From the IMG/VR virus record IMGVR_UViG_3300045988_109352: DNA of 64,000 nt; one strand, given 5' to 3'. Positions 17,015 through 25,715 of the stretch are shown piece by piece. The translations under genes and the position numbers were made by a program. The notes below the pieces were generated by a model. That model had not been told where the DNA came from. It did no database searches and saw nothing but the letters and a program-made list of their open reading frames with translations. The stretch comes from a virus. Position 1 is the first letter of the stretch. Every line of letters begins with the position of its first letter.

Positions 17015-17265
17015 TATTCTAATATTTCACAATCACTTACCTTCACTTTGATAAACTTTTTGGTTTCCTTATCTACTATCAAAAATTTATCTTCCCTAAA
17101 AAAGCCTCCATCTATATACCCTACCACCTTTCCAGTACCTTTATAGGTAAACTCTTCTACAGTAGGAAGAGGCATACTTGGATAAAACATATCACGCTCT
17201 TCGCAACGAATATCGTAATCTGTCGAATTGAATATTTTATAACTAACTTCCATAATCAAATACAA
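17011..17265 (-). CDS. hypothetical protein
   Basis: Packed train. Confidence 0.45.
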   Translation of the reverse strand: MYLIMEVSYKIFNSTDYDIRCEERDMFYPSMPLPTVEEFTYKGTGKVVGYIDGGFFREDKFLIVDKETKKFIKVKVSDCEILEY

Positions 17266-17453
17266 TTAGGGCATTCAGCCGATTTATTACCTTTACTATC
17301 TGTATATATATAAACATTTTCTCCTTTTGAAGAAGTTCTGTCAACCATGCAGCCGCACTTCGTACACTTTCTATGCGCATTGTTGGGGTTGTTTATCCAT
17401 CTATGCCCTTTTCTGTTTTCTGCGCCTAACTTTGTTCCTCTATTAAATCCCAT
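17256..17453 (-). CDS. small zinc-ribbon protein
   Basis: CTKCGC...CPNC. Confidence 0.4.
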   Translation of the reverse strand: MGFNRGTKLGAENRKGHRWINNPNNAHRKCTKCGCMVDRTSSKGENVYIYTDSKGNKSAECPNCI

Positions 17454-17967
17454 AATCACACCCTTTCCCGTAAACATTTACGAACTCGCTGACATCCATA
17501 TAGTCTATGCCAAAATTCTCGGCAGTTTTCTTGTCACTGTCCGAAAACTGCCCTTCAAGTCCGCTTGCATCACCAATCATCAGACAATCTTTTTCACTTA
17601 AACCAGCATTCCATGATTTATAGTTGTCAAAAAGTTTTTCAAGCATTCCGGTATTCGGCTTTCTCATAGGATTACTTCTGTTATTGCTTTCACAATACCT
17701 AAAACGTGTATCAATACCGCAATAATCCATTATACTGTCATTCACGTACTTGCATTTTACATAAATGGATAATTGCGACACCAACCCTTTTTCTACCCCT
17801 CCTTGATTTGTCACAATAAAGATTACTTTAGGATTCAAATTCTTTATTGCATCCAGGATATCAAATTTAAACTTCATATCCCATATACCCTTCGGGAACG
17901 TCTCACCGCTTACTGTCTCAATCAGCGTTCCGTCCATATCACAAAATAAAACCTTGTACTTTTTCAT
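17443..17967 (-). CDS. HAD-superfamily phosphatase (GmhB / polynucleotide 3'-phosphatase-like)
   Basis: DMDGTL (DxDxT), IVTNQGG and GDASG motifs. Confidence 0.65.
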   Translation of the reverse strand: MKKYKVLFCDMDGTLIETVSGETFPKGIWDMKFKFDILDAIKNLNPKVIFIVTNQGGVEKGLVSQLSIYVKCKYVNDSIMDYCGIDTRFRYCESNNRSNPMRKPNTGMLEKLFDNYKSWNAGLSEKDCLMIGDASGLEGQFSDSDKKTAENFGIDYMDVSEFVNVYGKGCDYGI

Positions 17968-18176
17968 TTCTTGTCCCTTTCTTTGTTTAAATTTTTATCT
18001 TCATATCGAACAATTTTATTTTTCTTGCAAAATCTGATTGAATACCTTACCGCCTTCCGTATGTCCTCATACTCCTTTATACTGTACACGTTGTATGTAC
18101 GGAGCTTTTTCATAATCTCCTCTTCCATGAAAGGAAGTATCTCTTTCTCAAACATTCTTCCACTCTTTACTTCCAT
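17964..18176 (-). CDS. hypothetical protein
   Basis: Packed train. Confidence 0.4.
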   Translation of the reverse strand: MEVKSGRMFEKEILPFMEEEIMKKLRTYNVYSIKEYEDIRKAVRYSIRFCKKNKIVRYEDKNLNKERDKK

Positions 18177-18177
18177 A

Positions 18178-18396
18178 TCATTCTACTAATTCAAAATGAA
18201 CATTGATATTGTCTAATCTCTCATTTTCAGAACAAAATCCAAAGTTTTCTTGTTTCCATACTAAGGCTTCATAACCTTTATTGCAAATCGGTCTAAAATA
18301 GCAACCGTCACACGAAACTTTTTCATCATGTACAACTCTGACTTGATTATATCCAACTTGAATAATATCTCCAATTTTTAACTCCCTACGCTTCAT
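18178..18396 (-). CDS. hypothetical small CxxC protein
   Basis: Packed train. Confidence 0.4.
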   Translation of the reverse strand: MKRRELKIGDIIQVGYNQVRVVHDEKVSCDGCYFRPICNKGYEALVWKQENFGFCSENERLDNINVHFELVE

Positions 18397-18419
18397 AATA
18401 CTCTTTATTTAATGTTATA

Positions 18420-19241
18420 TCATTTGTATTTTTCGATTTTCTCGTCCAACTCCTGCAATCTCTTAGCTATATAGGAAGAATTGGAATTTTCGCTCCTATA
18501 AGGGCTTTTATCCGATAAGAAAAAATCTTTCTGTTTGTCGGATAAAGAATAAAATCCGTCCCAGCTATGGCAGATGGCTTCGTTAACAATGGCATTGGCA
18601 AGAATTGAATTGCCATCAGAATACTTTTCTAACTTGGAATACATCATCTTTGCACCTCGTTCCGTCTTGTACTGCTTCTTGATTTCGTCCTTGTAGTCAA
18701 GCCAAATGTTCCAAGAATCTTTCAGTTCCTCACTGACATAGGACAAGTCGGCACGGACATCAAATTTAACCTTATTACTCTTTTTAGAACATTTTTTAAC
18801 GCCATCATTATATTCTAATAAGGGATTGACATTGGCATGCTCTGCATTGTCTTCCGCTTTCTTAGATAATATGATAATATTATCTTCTTTAATTGTATTA
18901 TTACTTGTATTAAGTATGTTGTCGTAAAGTGCAAGGCAGGGTTGCTCTAAAGTGCAAGGCTGAATTGTTTTTAACTGCAAGGCTGATTTGACATACCTTC
19001 TTCTGCCATCAAATGCTGTTTTAATGACATATCCTTTTTTAATCAATGATGAAAGGATTTTATTTGCTGTTGTTTCACTAACATTCAAAAGATTGGCAAT
19101 ATATTCATTGTTAATAAAACAGTCTTTATCCTTGGTAGTAAAGCTGTCTATCTCCAACAACAATATACGTTCATTCCAAGAAAGATTTTTATCTTCCCAA
19201 ATTTCAATTGGAATCCAAATTCCTTTAGTTTGTCTTTCCAT
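18420..19241 (-). CDS. replication-organizer / DnaD-like HTH protein
   Basis: N-terminal winged-helix pattern NNEYIANLLNVSETTANKILSSLIKKGYV. Preceded by a long structured leader. Confidence 0.45.
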   Translation of the reverse strand: MERQTKGIWIPIEIWEDKNLSWNERILLLEIDSFTTKDKDCFINNEYIANLLNVSETTANKILSSLIKKGYVIKTAFDGRRRYVKSALQLKTIQPCTLEQPCLALYDNILNTSNNTIKEDNIIILSKKAEDNAEHANVNPLLEYNDGVKKCSKKSNKVKFDVRADLSYVSEELKDSWNIWLDYKDEIKKQYKTERGAKMMYSKLEKYSDGNSILANAIVNEAICHSWDGFYSLSDKQKDFFLSDKSPYRSENSNSSYIAKRLQELDEKIEKYK

Positions 19242-19278
19242 AACTTCAATGTTTAATGATATACCTTCTAAATGAAAT

Positions 19279-19345
19279 GGTGGCGAAGTCCGAAGGTATG
19301 GGAAAGAGACTTGTCAACTGGTAGCTACTCCAGCCTATCGCCACC
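19279..19345 (-). other. three-way-junction structure in the leader of 18420..19241
   Basis: Closing stem GGTGGCGA/TCGCCACC (19279-86 / 19338-45) encloses hairpins AAGTC...GACTT and CTGG...CCAG. Confidence 0.3.
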
Positions 19346-19361
19346 ACAAATATAAGAATGT

Positions 19362-19406
19362 TTTTCAATAAATACAAAAAGCACCGAGAAAACTCCCAGT
19401 GCTTTT
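19362..19406 (-). terminator. intrinsic terminator (minus strand)
   Basis: Stem AAAAGCAC/GTGCTTTT (19377-84 / 19399-406), followed on the minus strand by TTTTTGTATTTATT. Confidence 0.55.
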
Positions 19407-19532
19407 AGATTTGCTATACACTGGCAGGCTGCACGATTGCAGGTAGAATGTGCCAATGTAAGCTATATGTTGAATTGCTATTGAATCCTAAATATCGTTT
19501 ATCACCGAGCATTCTACCTCCCGATTGCAATG

Positions 19533-19564
19533 CAAAGAACGCTGTTATTTTTGAAAGTTCCAAA
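19533..19564 (-). promoter_or_regulatory. promoter-like boxes sharing the -33 palindrome seen at the dut promoter
   Basis: Minus strand TTTG (19564-61), 20 nt, then GTTCTTTG (19540-33; the TA of TAnnTTTG is missing). Palindrome TTTTGAAAGTTCCAAAA at 19548-19565. Confidence 0.3.
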
Positions 19565-19589
19565 AAACAAGTCAAACTATTAACAATTA

Positions 19590-20015
19590 TTAATCATCTA
19601 TCTCAAATAGGTTCTTCTTTATCTGCCAATACTCTTTGACTTCCGGCACGCTGATAACTCCCTTGTTGCTATTAATGTCGTACACTTGAAAGTACAGAAT
19701 TGTCTTCTTGCTTTTGTTGGCATATACTTGCACGAAAAGTCCAGTAAACAACTCAAACTCACCTTGCATGAATTGTTCCGCTTTGAATGTGCCTTGTATC
19801 TTATGTCCGTCTTGGATTATAGTACAAGTCATATCCCGGTTGAACTTCATTCTAACCAAGTTTGGCGGTGTACTTACATTGTCGTTGTGGTCTTGTACAT
19901 ACTGTACAGTCCATGTACCATACAAATAGTTAAGCTGGCTCTTCCAATCTGTTTGCGCCTGCATACTTGCCATCAGTGAAAGCAAGCCAATCAATGTCAT
20001 TACTAACTTCTTCAT
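19590..20015 (-). CDS. secreted protein with signal peptide (lipocalin-like size)
   Basis: ATG at 20015. MKKLVMTLIGLLSLMASMQAQ signal sequence. Confidence 0.55.
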   Translation of the reverse strand: MKKLVMTLIGLLSLMASMQAQTDWKSQLNYLYGTWTVQYVQDHNDNVSTPPNLVRMKFNRDMTCTIIQDGHKIQGTFKAEQFMQGEFELFTGLFVQVYANKSKKTILYFQVYDINSNKGVISVPEVKEYWQIKKNLFEIDD

Positions 20016-20272
20016 TGTTTTATCAGTTTTTCGATTATTGTTCTTAGTTCCTTCTCCCAATCCTTGTTCCCGTGCATAGGATAACTTAGCTGATGCCAAT
20101 TATGGTAGTCAAATAGCTTCATCCGGCATGGGTAGTAATCAAACAGCTTCTTCTCATTGTGGAATACTCTGATATGCTTTCCCTCATACTCTCCGATATT
20201 ACTCGATTTAAGTTTATAGGCTGCCAAAATTTCGTTGAACTTCTCCATTGGAGTAAATATACTCTTCGCCAT
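20012..20272 (-). CDS. hypothetical protein
   Basis: ATGA overlap with the downstream gene. Confidence 0.45.
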   Translation of the reverse strand: MAKSIFTPMEKFNEILAAYKLKSSNIGEYEGKHIRVFHNEKKLFDYYPCRMKLFDYHNWHQLSYPMHGNKDWEKELRTIIEKLIKQ

Positions 20273-20275
20273 AAT

Positions 20276-20578
20276 TCAGTCCTCCTTTTCGGGAGTATAA
20301 CCTCCCATGAGTCTATAGTTAGGTATCAGCTTGTCGATGCTCTTAATCTCAAATCGTGTATAAGTCACACAATTCGGATATATCTTACAAAGTCCGTTGA
20401 TTATATACTTGTCATTGAAGTACATTTCAAGCTTCATGTGTACCTCGGATGCGGAATATTGCCTTTTGTCAATAAAGAATATCCCGTCTATTTCACTTGA
20501 AAATCCTCTGTTTGTAACTCTGAACAAGTCGCGAAGTTCTTGTATCACGTCTTGTATGCTAATCGGTTGTTTTTCCAT
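20276..20578 (-). CDS. hypothetical protein
   Basis: The track start at 20584 is TTG; the first ATG is at 20578. Confidence 0.5.
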   Translation of the reverse strand: MEKQPISIQDVIQELRDLFRVTNRGFSSEIDGIFFIDKRQYSASEVHMKLEMYFNDKYIINGLCKIYPNCVTYTRFEIKSIDKLIPNYRLMGGYTPEKED

Positions 20579-20585
20579 TTTCAAA

Positions 20586-20721
20586 TCAAATATTTATTAT
20601 TGCTACTGTTAATGCTATGAAGATTATTGCTATTATTGCAGCACTTGTCAAGCATCCTTTTTCGTATTCATCCTCATTTTGAGGAGTATTTTCATTATAC
20701 CAATCCAATATATGTTTCATA
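20586..20721 (-). pseudogene. frameshifted paralog of the 48-aa membrane protein 16536..16682
   Basis: Reads MKHILDW, then GGG where the paralog has GG, giving a stop. The shifted frame continues YNENTPQNEDEYEKGCLTSAAIIAIIFIALTVAIINI*. Confidence 0.3.
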
Positions 20722-20738
20722 CCTCAACTTTTACATAG

Positions 20739-21041
20739 CTATTCTCCTTTCAGCTTTTTAACCAATACATCAGCCATACTTACGCTCATGTCAGCTATGG
20801 CTATTATTGATTTGTTCTCATATTGTGGATTATTTAAAAGTGTTTGCATTGTTGCTATTGCAGCATTTATCCTAACCTCTTCCCAATCCCGTTCTTTTGC
20901 TTCTTCCTTCACTTCATCAAGAAGAATAAGTTCACCACCTAAGAAGGACTGACTGCCATCCTCTGTTACGTAAATGTTGGTATATTCCTCAGCCTTTATT
21001 ACGTCAATTGTTTCTTTGGTTGCTATTAATATTGCTTTCAT
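20739..21041 (-). CDS. hypothetical protein with C-terminal ...ADVLVKKLKGE domain
   Basis: Paralogous C-terminus. Confidence 0.5.
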   Translation of the reverse strand: MKAILIATKETIDVIKAEEYTNIYVTEDGSQSFLGGELILLDEVKEEAKERDWEEVRINAAIATMQTLLNNPQYENKSIIAIADMSVSMADVLVKKLKGE

Positions 21042-21058
21042 CTCTTTATAGTTTTAGT

Positions 21059-21643
21059 TTACAATTCACTGCCTGCTATTACTGTTTCATTTGACAAGTC
21101 AGCCCGTTCTATTACTGATACAATTTTAGAATCTCTATAGGAACGAAAATGACTTTTTACTACACGATACCTTAATTTGACCCTATCCCCAACTTTTGGT
21201 GCAGTTGTCATATTGAAAGCACCGCTTATCATTTCAAAACCATGCCATTTATTCAGATACGAAAAATTTTCATTTGCCGCCAGTTCTTCGGAATCTATTT
21301 TAAATTTCCAATAGGCAAACCTATTATATCGCTTCATAACCTCAACTACAGTACCTTCCCAATAATAATATTTCGGCTTTTCTCTAATCGCTTTCATACG
21401 CGCGATATTTACCCTTCTTTTTAGTTCAGCTTTAAGTTGTTCATTGGAGTAGTCGGAAAGCCCTAATTCGTCTTGCATGGAATGGATTACAACGTCTACT
21501 ATAGCATCCTTCCTATTGGCAAATACAGAAAGTAGTTTTTCCCTTACTTCTTCTTTACTCTCAAAGACAATTTCGTCTATTTGCATCTTTACATTAAAGA
21601 CGTTACCCTTTTGTGTTATTAGGGCAATTTGAAGTATTCTCAT
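21059..21643 (-). CDS. hypothetical protein
   Basis: 194-aa ORF. Confidence 0.55.
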   Translation of the reverse strand: MRILQIALITQKGNVFNVKMQIDEIVFESKEEVREKLLSVFANRKDAIVDVVIHSMQDELGLSDYSNEQLKAELKRRVNIARMKAIREKPKYYYWEGTVVEVMKRYNRFAYWKFKIDSEELAANENFSYLNKWHGFEMISGAFNMTTAPKVGDRVKLRYRVVKSHFRSYRDSKIVSVIERADLSNETVIAGSEL

Positions 21644-21654
21644 ATTATTTTAGT

Positions 21655-22470
21655 TTATAGGTTATTATATTCTTTGTATTTAGAAATTGAATTGAACGTA
21701 GCTTGTACGCGGCTACTAATATACTGATAAAAATTAGCATTCGTAAAGTCAATGCCGATAAACAATTTGTTGTTGTTTCTATTGGCTTCCTGCATGAGTT
21801 CCTTTATTTCCGCTTTGTGACACTGGGTGAGAACAAAACTTGTACGGTATTTAGTCCAATTCAAAAAGAACAGTTCTTCATCTGTAGAATTTTCATTCAG
21901 CATAGGTATTACTTTTCGTAGTATTCTACAAAAACAAGCGAACTCAGCACTTTCTACTACTTTTCTGTTTCGCGTTCTTGCACTTGCTCTACTTGCTTGC
22001 TTCTTACTTTCTTCGTCAATTCGATAATTGCTATTAGCTGTGCCGGATAATATGCCGCGTGCCTTGTTTGCTGCTAACGCATCTTTTGTACGTTTGCTAA
22101 TTAGTTCGCGTTCGTATTGTGCAACGGATGCAAAGATACCTAATACCATAGTATTTACTACTGGAAGGTCACAAAAATATATATCTATGCCCGTATTTAC
22201 TACATGAAAAACAAACTCAGCATCTCTTGAAAGCCTATCCAATTTAGCCACTACAAGGGTGCAACTATTAGCTTTGCAATACTCTATAGCTTTCCACAAC
22301 TCCACACGGGAACAGTCTTTTCCCGAAGCCACATCTACAAACTTACCACAAATAATTCCACCTTTGCTATTAATATAGTCTATACAAGTCTTTTCTTGGG
22401 CTGACAACCCTAAACCGCTATCACCTTGTTTATTCGTTGATACACGAAGGTAGTAAACATATTTATCCAT
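21655..22470 (-). CDS. small serine recombinase (resolvase/invertase family)
   Basis: YLRVSTNKQ catalytic Ser region, VVAKLDRLSRD and QYERELISKRTKDAL. The C-terminal ~110 aa have no HTH I can recognise. Confidence 0.8.
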   Translation of the reverse strand: MDKYVYYLRVSTNKQGDSGLGLSAQEKTCIDYINSKGGIICGKFVDVASGKDCSRVELWKAIEYCKANSCTLVVAKLDRLSRDAEFVFHVVNTGIDIYFCDLPVVNTMVLGIFASVAQYERELISKRTKDALAANKARGILSGTANSNYRIDEESKKQASRASARTRNRKVVESAEFACFCRILRKVIPMLNENSTDEELFFLNWTKYRTSFVLTQCHKAEIKELMQEANRNNNKLFIGIDFTNANFYQYISSRVQATFNSISKYKEYNNL

Positions 22471-22477
22471 CTTATTA

Positions 22478-22624
22478 CTAACTGATTATTATTATTACAG
22501 ACAAAGCTATTCCGGCTATAAGCCAACTGATAACATCACTACTATATTTGAAGTTAGGACGTAGTATGATGGCAAATAAAGCCACAATATCCCACACCAA
22601 TAGTAGAAGCATGAACTTTCCCAT
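22478..22624 (-). CDS. small two-span membrane protein (48 aa)
   Basis: Hand-translated MGKFMLLLLVWDIVALFAIIL...WLIAGIALSVIIIIS. Confidence 0.3.
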   Translation of the reverse strand: MGKFMLLLLVWDIVALFAIILRPNFKYSSDVISWLIAGIALSVIIIIS

Positions 22625-22714
22625 TATCTGCCTAATTTAATGAGTTCTCCAGACAACAAACAGCCAATAAATCCGATAATTATTATTAATGCCATAGTTT
22701 TTAATATTTAGAAG

Positions 22715-23176
22715 TTATACAAATTGTTTTTCTATGTAAACACACCCTATTCCCTTGCTCTTGTTAAACTGGCTGTTTTTAAGGTCAATATTAGGCTTTA
22801 TAAAGTCTTTTATGTTATCCACTAAAGAAATATATTTAGATGCGTTCGCCTCTATTGCAAGGGCTTTATACATTTCTTCGCACATAGCCATATACTTTTT
22901 AAATTCTCCTTTGTTGAAGCGGACAACTATTTTTCCGTGTGTTTCAATAAATTTGTTGTGCCCTACATAAAACTTTCTTTCATCATTGCAATGCACCAAT
23001 TTATCACCTACGTATAGATACGTTCTTTGTCCCATGCTGTACTTACTATCTACTGATATGCTATTAAAGTAAACCGCTTGTTTCTTTGGAATGCCTACAG
23101 ACACAATGTTTTCCAGTAGTTCCATGTTTGCTTTTGCCTTCTCAAAGTCTTCTTCAAAATTTTTATAAGTTTTCAT
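22715..23176 (-). CDS. hypothetical protein
   Basis: 153-aa ORF. Confidence 0.55.
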   Translation of the reverse strand: MKTYKNFEEDFEKAKANMELLENIVSVGIPKKQAVYFNSISVDSKYSMGQRTYLYVGDKLVHCNDERKFYVGHNKFIETHGKIVVRFNKGEFKKYMAMCEEMYKALAIEANASKYISLVDNIKDFIKPNIDLKNSQFNKSKGIGCVYIEKQFV

Positions 23177-23190
23177 ACACTACTTTATTG

Positions 23191-23225
23191 TTATATTATA
23201 TATATTATATATATTATATATATTA
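23191..23225. repeat. 9-bp tandem repeat TTATATATA (3 full units plus partial units)
   Basis: TT dinucleotides recur at 23196, 23205, 23214 and 23223. Lies just upstream of 22715..23176. Confidence 0.6.
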
Positions 23226-23247
23226 CCAAAACAGTTATAACTTTTTG

Positions 23248-23448
23248 TTATAATGGAAGCTTATGCTCTGATAATATATACGGGTGCTTTAAATTAGTAA
23301 TACCATGATACAATATTTCGCGCTTTGTTTCTGCCTTATAAATAAACAGATTTCCGTTTCTCATTGCCTTCATTGTATCATTGATATTCAACCCTTGCAG
23401 GCTTATAAACTCTTTTAGTTCGGGCTTAAATTTCGTTATTAACTTCAT
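23248..23448 (-). CDS. hypothetical protein
   Basis: Packed train. Confidence 0.4.
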   Translation of the reverse strand: MKLITKFKPELKEFISLQGLNINDTMKAMRNGNLFIYKAETKREILYHGITNLKHPYILSEHKLPL

Positions 23449-23452
23449 GCTA

Positions 23453-23662
23453 TTACCTAAAAACGTAGTTACACAAATTAGATAACCAACACATTAACTG
23501 AATAGCCATCATAAAAATGAACATTCCACACAAAGCGGCTGTAGCTATTACAATTCGTTGCCATATAATGCGATAATCACGCTTTAATATTTTACCGCTA
23601 ACAAAGCGTCCGTTATAAAAATCTGTTATACTCATAGTTCTATTATTATTATTTGAATTCAA
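23453..23662 (-). CDS. small membrane protein
   Basis: Hydrophobic span IVIATAALCGMFIFMMAIQLMCWL. Confidence 0.4.
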   Translation of the reverse strand: MNSNNNNRTMSITDFYNGRFVSGKILKRDYRIIWQRIVIATAALCGMFIFMMAIQLMCWLSNLCNYVFR

Positions 23663-24536
23663 ATTTAATTCCTTCCGGCAATAGAGAATAGTCTATATTT
23701 TTAAGCATGTTATTATATTCTTCTTCTGTTACTTTGTCGTGATATCTATAATAATTGAAAACTACATTATTATCTTCAACAGAGTAAAGATAATTATCTG
23801 ATAATAAGCCAGCCCCTAATATAGCTAATTTTACATCTTTTTCTTTTGTTGCTTTGTTTGTTCTTTTTTCAAAGGTTTTAATCACTTCGTTTTTTCTTTT
23901 CTCTATTTTGGCGATTCTTTCAGCTTCTTTACGTTCTTGTATCGCACTTTCCGTATAATATCCAGATAATATTTTCCCCTCCATTTCTTCGCGTTCTTCA
24001 TCGCTTAAAACAAATCTATGGCGTTCTTCGCTTTCCTTATATGGATTAATCCAAACATCACCCGTTAATTCTTCCAGTACTTGTATAGCTTTCTTGCTTT
24101 CTGCTTGCCATCTTTCCACAATACCAAGTGCAAACAATTGATATTTAAAATATTGTTTGTTGTCACATTTTGACAAAATTTCCATTTCTTCATCAGTTAC
24201 GCGCAAATATTCCTTTGCTTGCTTTTTATCTTTTTGTAAAAAGTAATATCCATTTTCAACTGGATATAATGGTGTACCACGCCAATCGCATAGATGAAGG
24301 TCTACAAACATTTTCAACTTTGGAGAAGCTTTTAATATTTCCTCATGGATGCAACCGTGCCCAATATCGTAAAAACGTCCGTTTCCTTTCTTTTGCTGGA
24401 GTATGCCCGTTATACTCCATGAACACGTACCGTTCTTACATTCATCATGCAATTTAATGGTTGTTATTACTTTATAGGTGATACCTTTTTCACGGAAAGA
24501 TTTTACTACTGTATATTTTAATGTATTCGTTTCCAT
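23649..24536 (-). CDS. hypothetical protein
   Basis: 295-aa ORF. Confidence 0.55.
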   Translation of the reverse strand: METNTLKYTVVKSFREKGITYKVITTIKLHDECKNGTCSWSITGILQQKKGNGRFYDIGHGCIHEEILKASPKLKMFVDLHLCDWRGTPLYPVENGYYFLQKDKKQAKEYLRVTDEEMEILSKCDNKQYFKYQLFALGIVERWQAESKKAIQVLEELTGDVWINPYKESEERHRFVLSDEEREEMEGKILSGYYTESAIQERKEAERIAKIEKRKNEVIKTFEKRTNKATKEKDVKLAILGAGLLSDNYLYSVEDNNVVFNYYRYHDKVTEEEYNNMLKNIDYSLLPEGIKFEFK

Positions 24537-24537
24537 A

Positions 24538-24819
24538 TTATTGTATTTTAATGTTTAAAATTGTGTTACGGTCTGTTTTTACTCTTTTGTTATTTCCCCA
24601 AAAGTTAAAAGCTAATTTATGAAGCATATTGTAAGTTAAATAATTAGTTCCTACTGTAATAGGTTTAGCACAACACGAATATGTGTGCCCACTATTGATA
24701 TATTGCTTTACAACTTCCTTCATGCTTATAAATTCCTTTTCTGAACAAATAACATTTATAGTTTGACTATATGTATTTGTATAATTATATTTTCTTAAAT
24801 AGTTTACTTTCGTTTTCAT
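24538..24819 (-). CDS. hypothetical protein
   Basis: Packed train. Confidence 0.45.
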   Translation of the reverse strand: MKTKVNYLRKYNYTNTYSQTINVICSEKEFISMKEVVKQYINSGHTYSCCAKPITVGTNYLTYNMLHKLAFNFWGNNKRVKTDRNTILNIKIQ

Positions 24820-24919
24820 ATCATTTTGCCATTTTAGTTATACACTGAAAAAATACACTTTATTTTGATATGCCCTACAAATAAGTAGAGCACATCTATT
24901 AATCCGTTTTCGTGTCATA

Positions 24920-25324
24920 TTATCCAATTATTTGAATGCCTTCACTATTTACATAATACTCCATACCACATAAAGAATATATGGGAATATAATAATCGCG
25001 TAATATATTACCGTTATTATAGAAGCCTACAAACTGAAAGCGTTCACCCTTGTAATTATCAAGTATATTCATTTCCCGATAACCGAACGGATTGTTTTTT
25101 CGTTCCTTTCCCGTGGGTGTCTTATACAAGTTCATGAGCCACTTATACCCCTTCGCGCTTTGTTCCTCTGTTACTTCTATTTCGATATCACAACCGGGAT
25201 AAAAGTTTGCAGCTTCATTATCACCATTATTCGCACGCTTTTTCAAAAGTAATACTTCGCGTTCTGTTATTACTCCATTTGACAATACGTTCTCTATTAT
25301 CTGACTTGTTTCTAACTTTTTCAT
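24920..25324 (-). CDS. hypothetical protein
   Basis: 134-aa ORF. Confidence 0.5.
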   Translation of the reverse strand: MKKLETSQIIENVLSNGVITEREVLLLKKRANNGDNEAANFYPGCDIEIEVTEEQSAKGYKWLMNLYKTPTGKERKNNPFGYREMNILDNYKGERFQFVGFYNNGNILRDYYIPIYSLCGMEYYVNSEGIQIIG

Positions 25325-25485
25325 ATCATTTTAATTTTTAATTATTTACTTTTAAGTTCTACTATTTCGGTTAACTTTTCATTCGTATTTAGGTAGCATC
25401 TAATTTCTTCAACAAATTATATTATTTATTTGTTATGCTTACTATAAATATAGTAATTAAAAAAGTGATTAAAATTATCATAGCT

Positions 25486-25695
25486 TTACTTTATTTCTGA
25501 TGGATATAAGAAGGTTAAACACTCATACATATTTCCTTTTCTCATTTCTCCATCATTATTGAAAACCTCCCAAACATCCGGTACATCTAAATTAGGAAAG
25601 CGCATTATCTTTCCCTGTTCGGTTGTTATCACTTCCGCTTGCAGTAATTCTTCTTTGAAAATTTCATCTAATTGCTTATTGATATCTAAAATCAT
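25486..25695 (-). CDS. hypothetical protein
   Basis: Packed train. Confidence 0.4.
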   Translation of the reverse strand: MILDINKQLDEIFKEELLQAEVITTEQGKIMRFPNLDVPDVWEVFNNDGEMRKGNMYECLTFLYPSEIK

Positions 25696-25715
25696 ATCTT
25701 TGTCCTCCCGTGACT

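Noticed and set aside
19279-19345. A 67-nt cloverleaf-like structure with a 7-8 bp closing stem, first suspected to be a tRNA gene.
   Set aside because: It fits a tRNA on neither strand. There is no T-loop (GTTCRA), no U8, only two internal arms, and the arm lengths and spacing are wrong. It is kept only as an unclassified leader structure.
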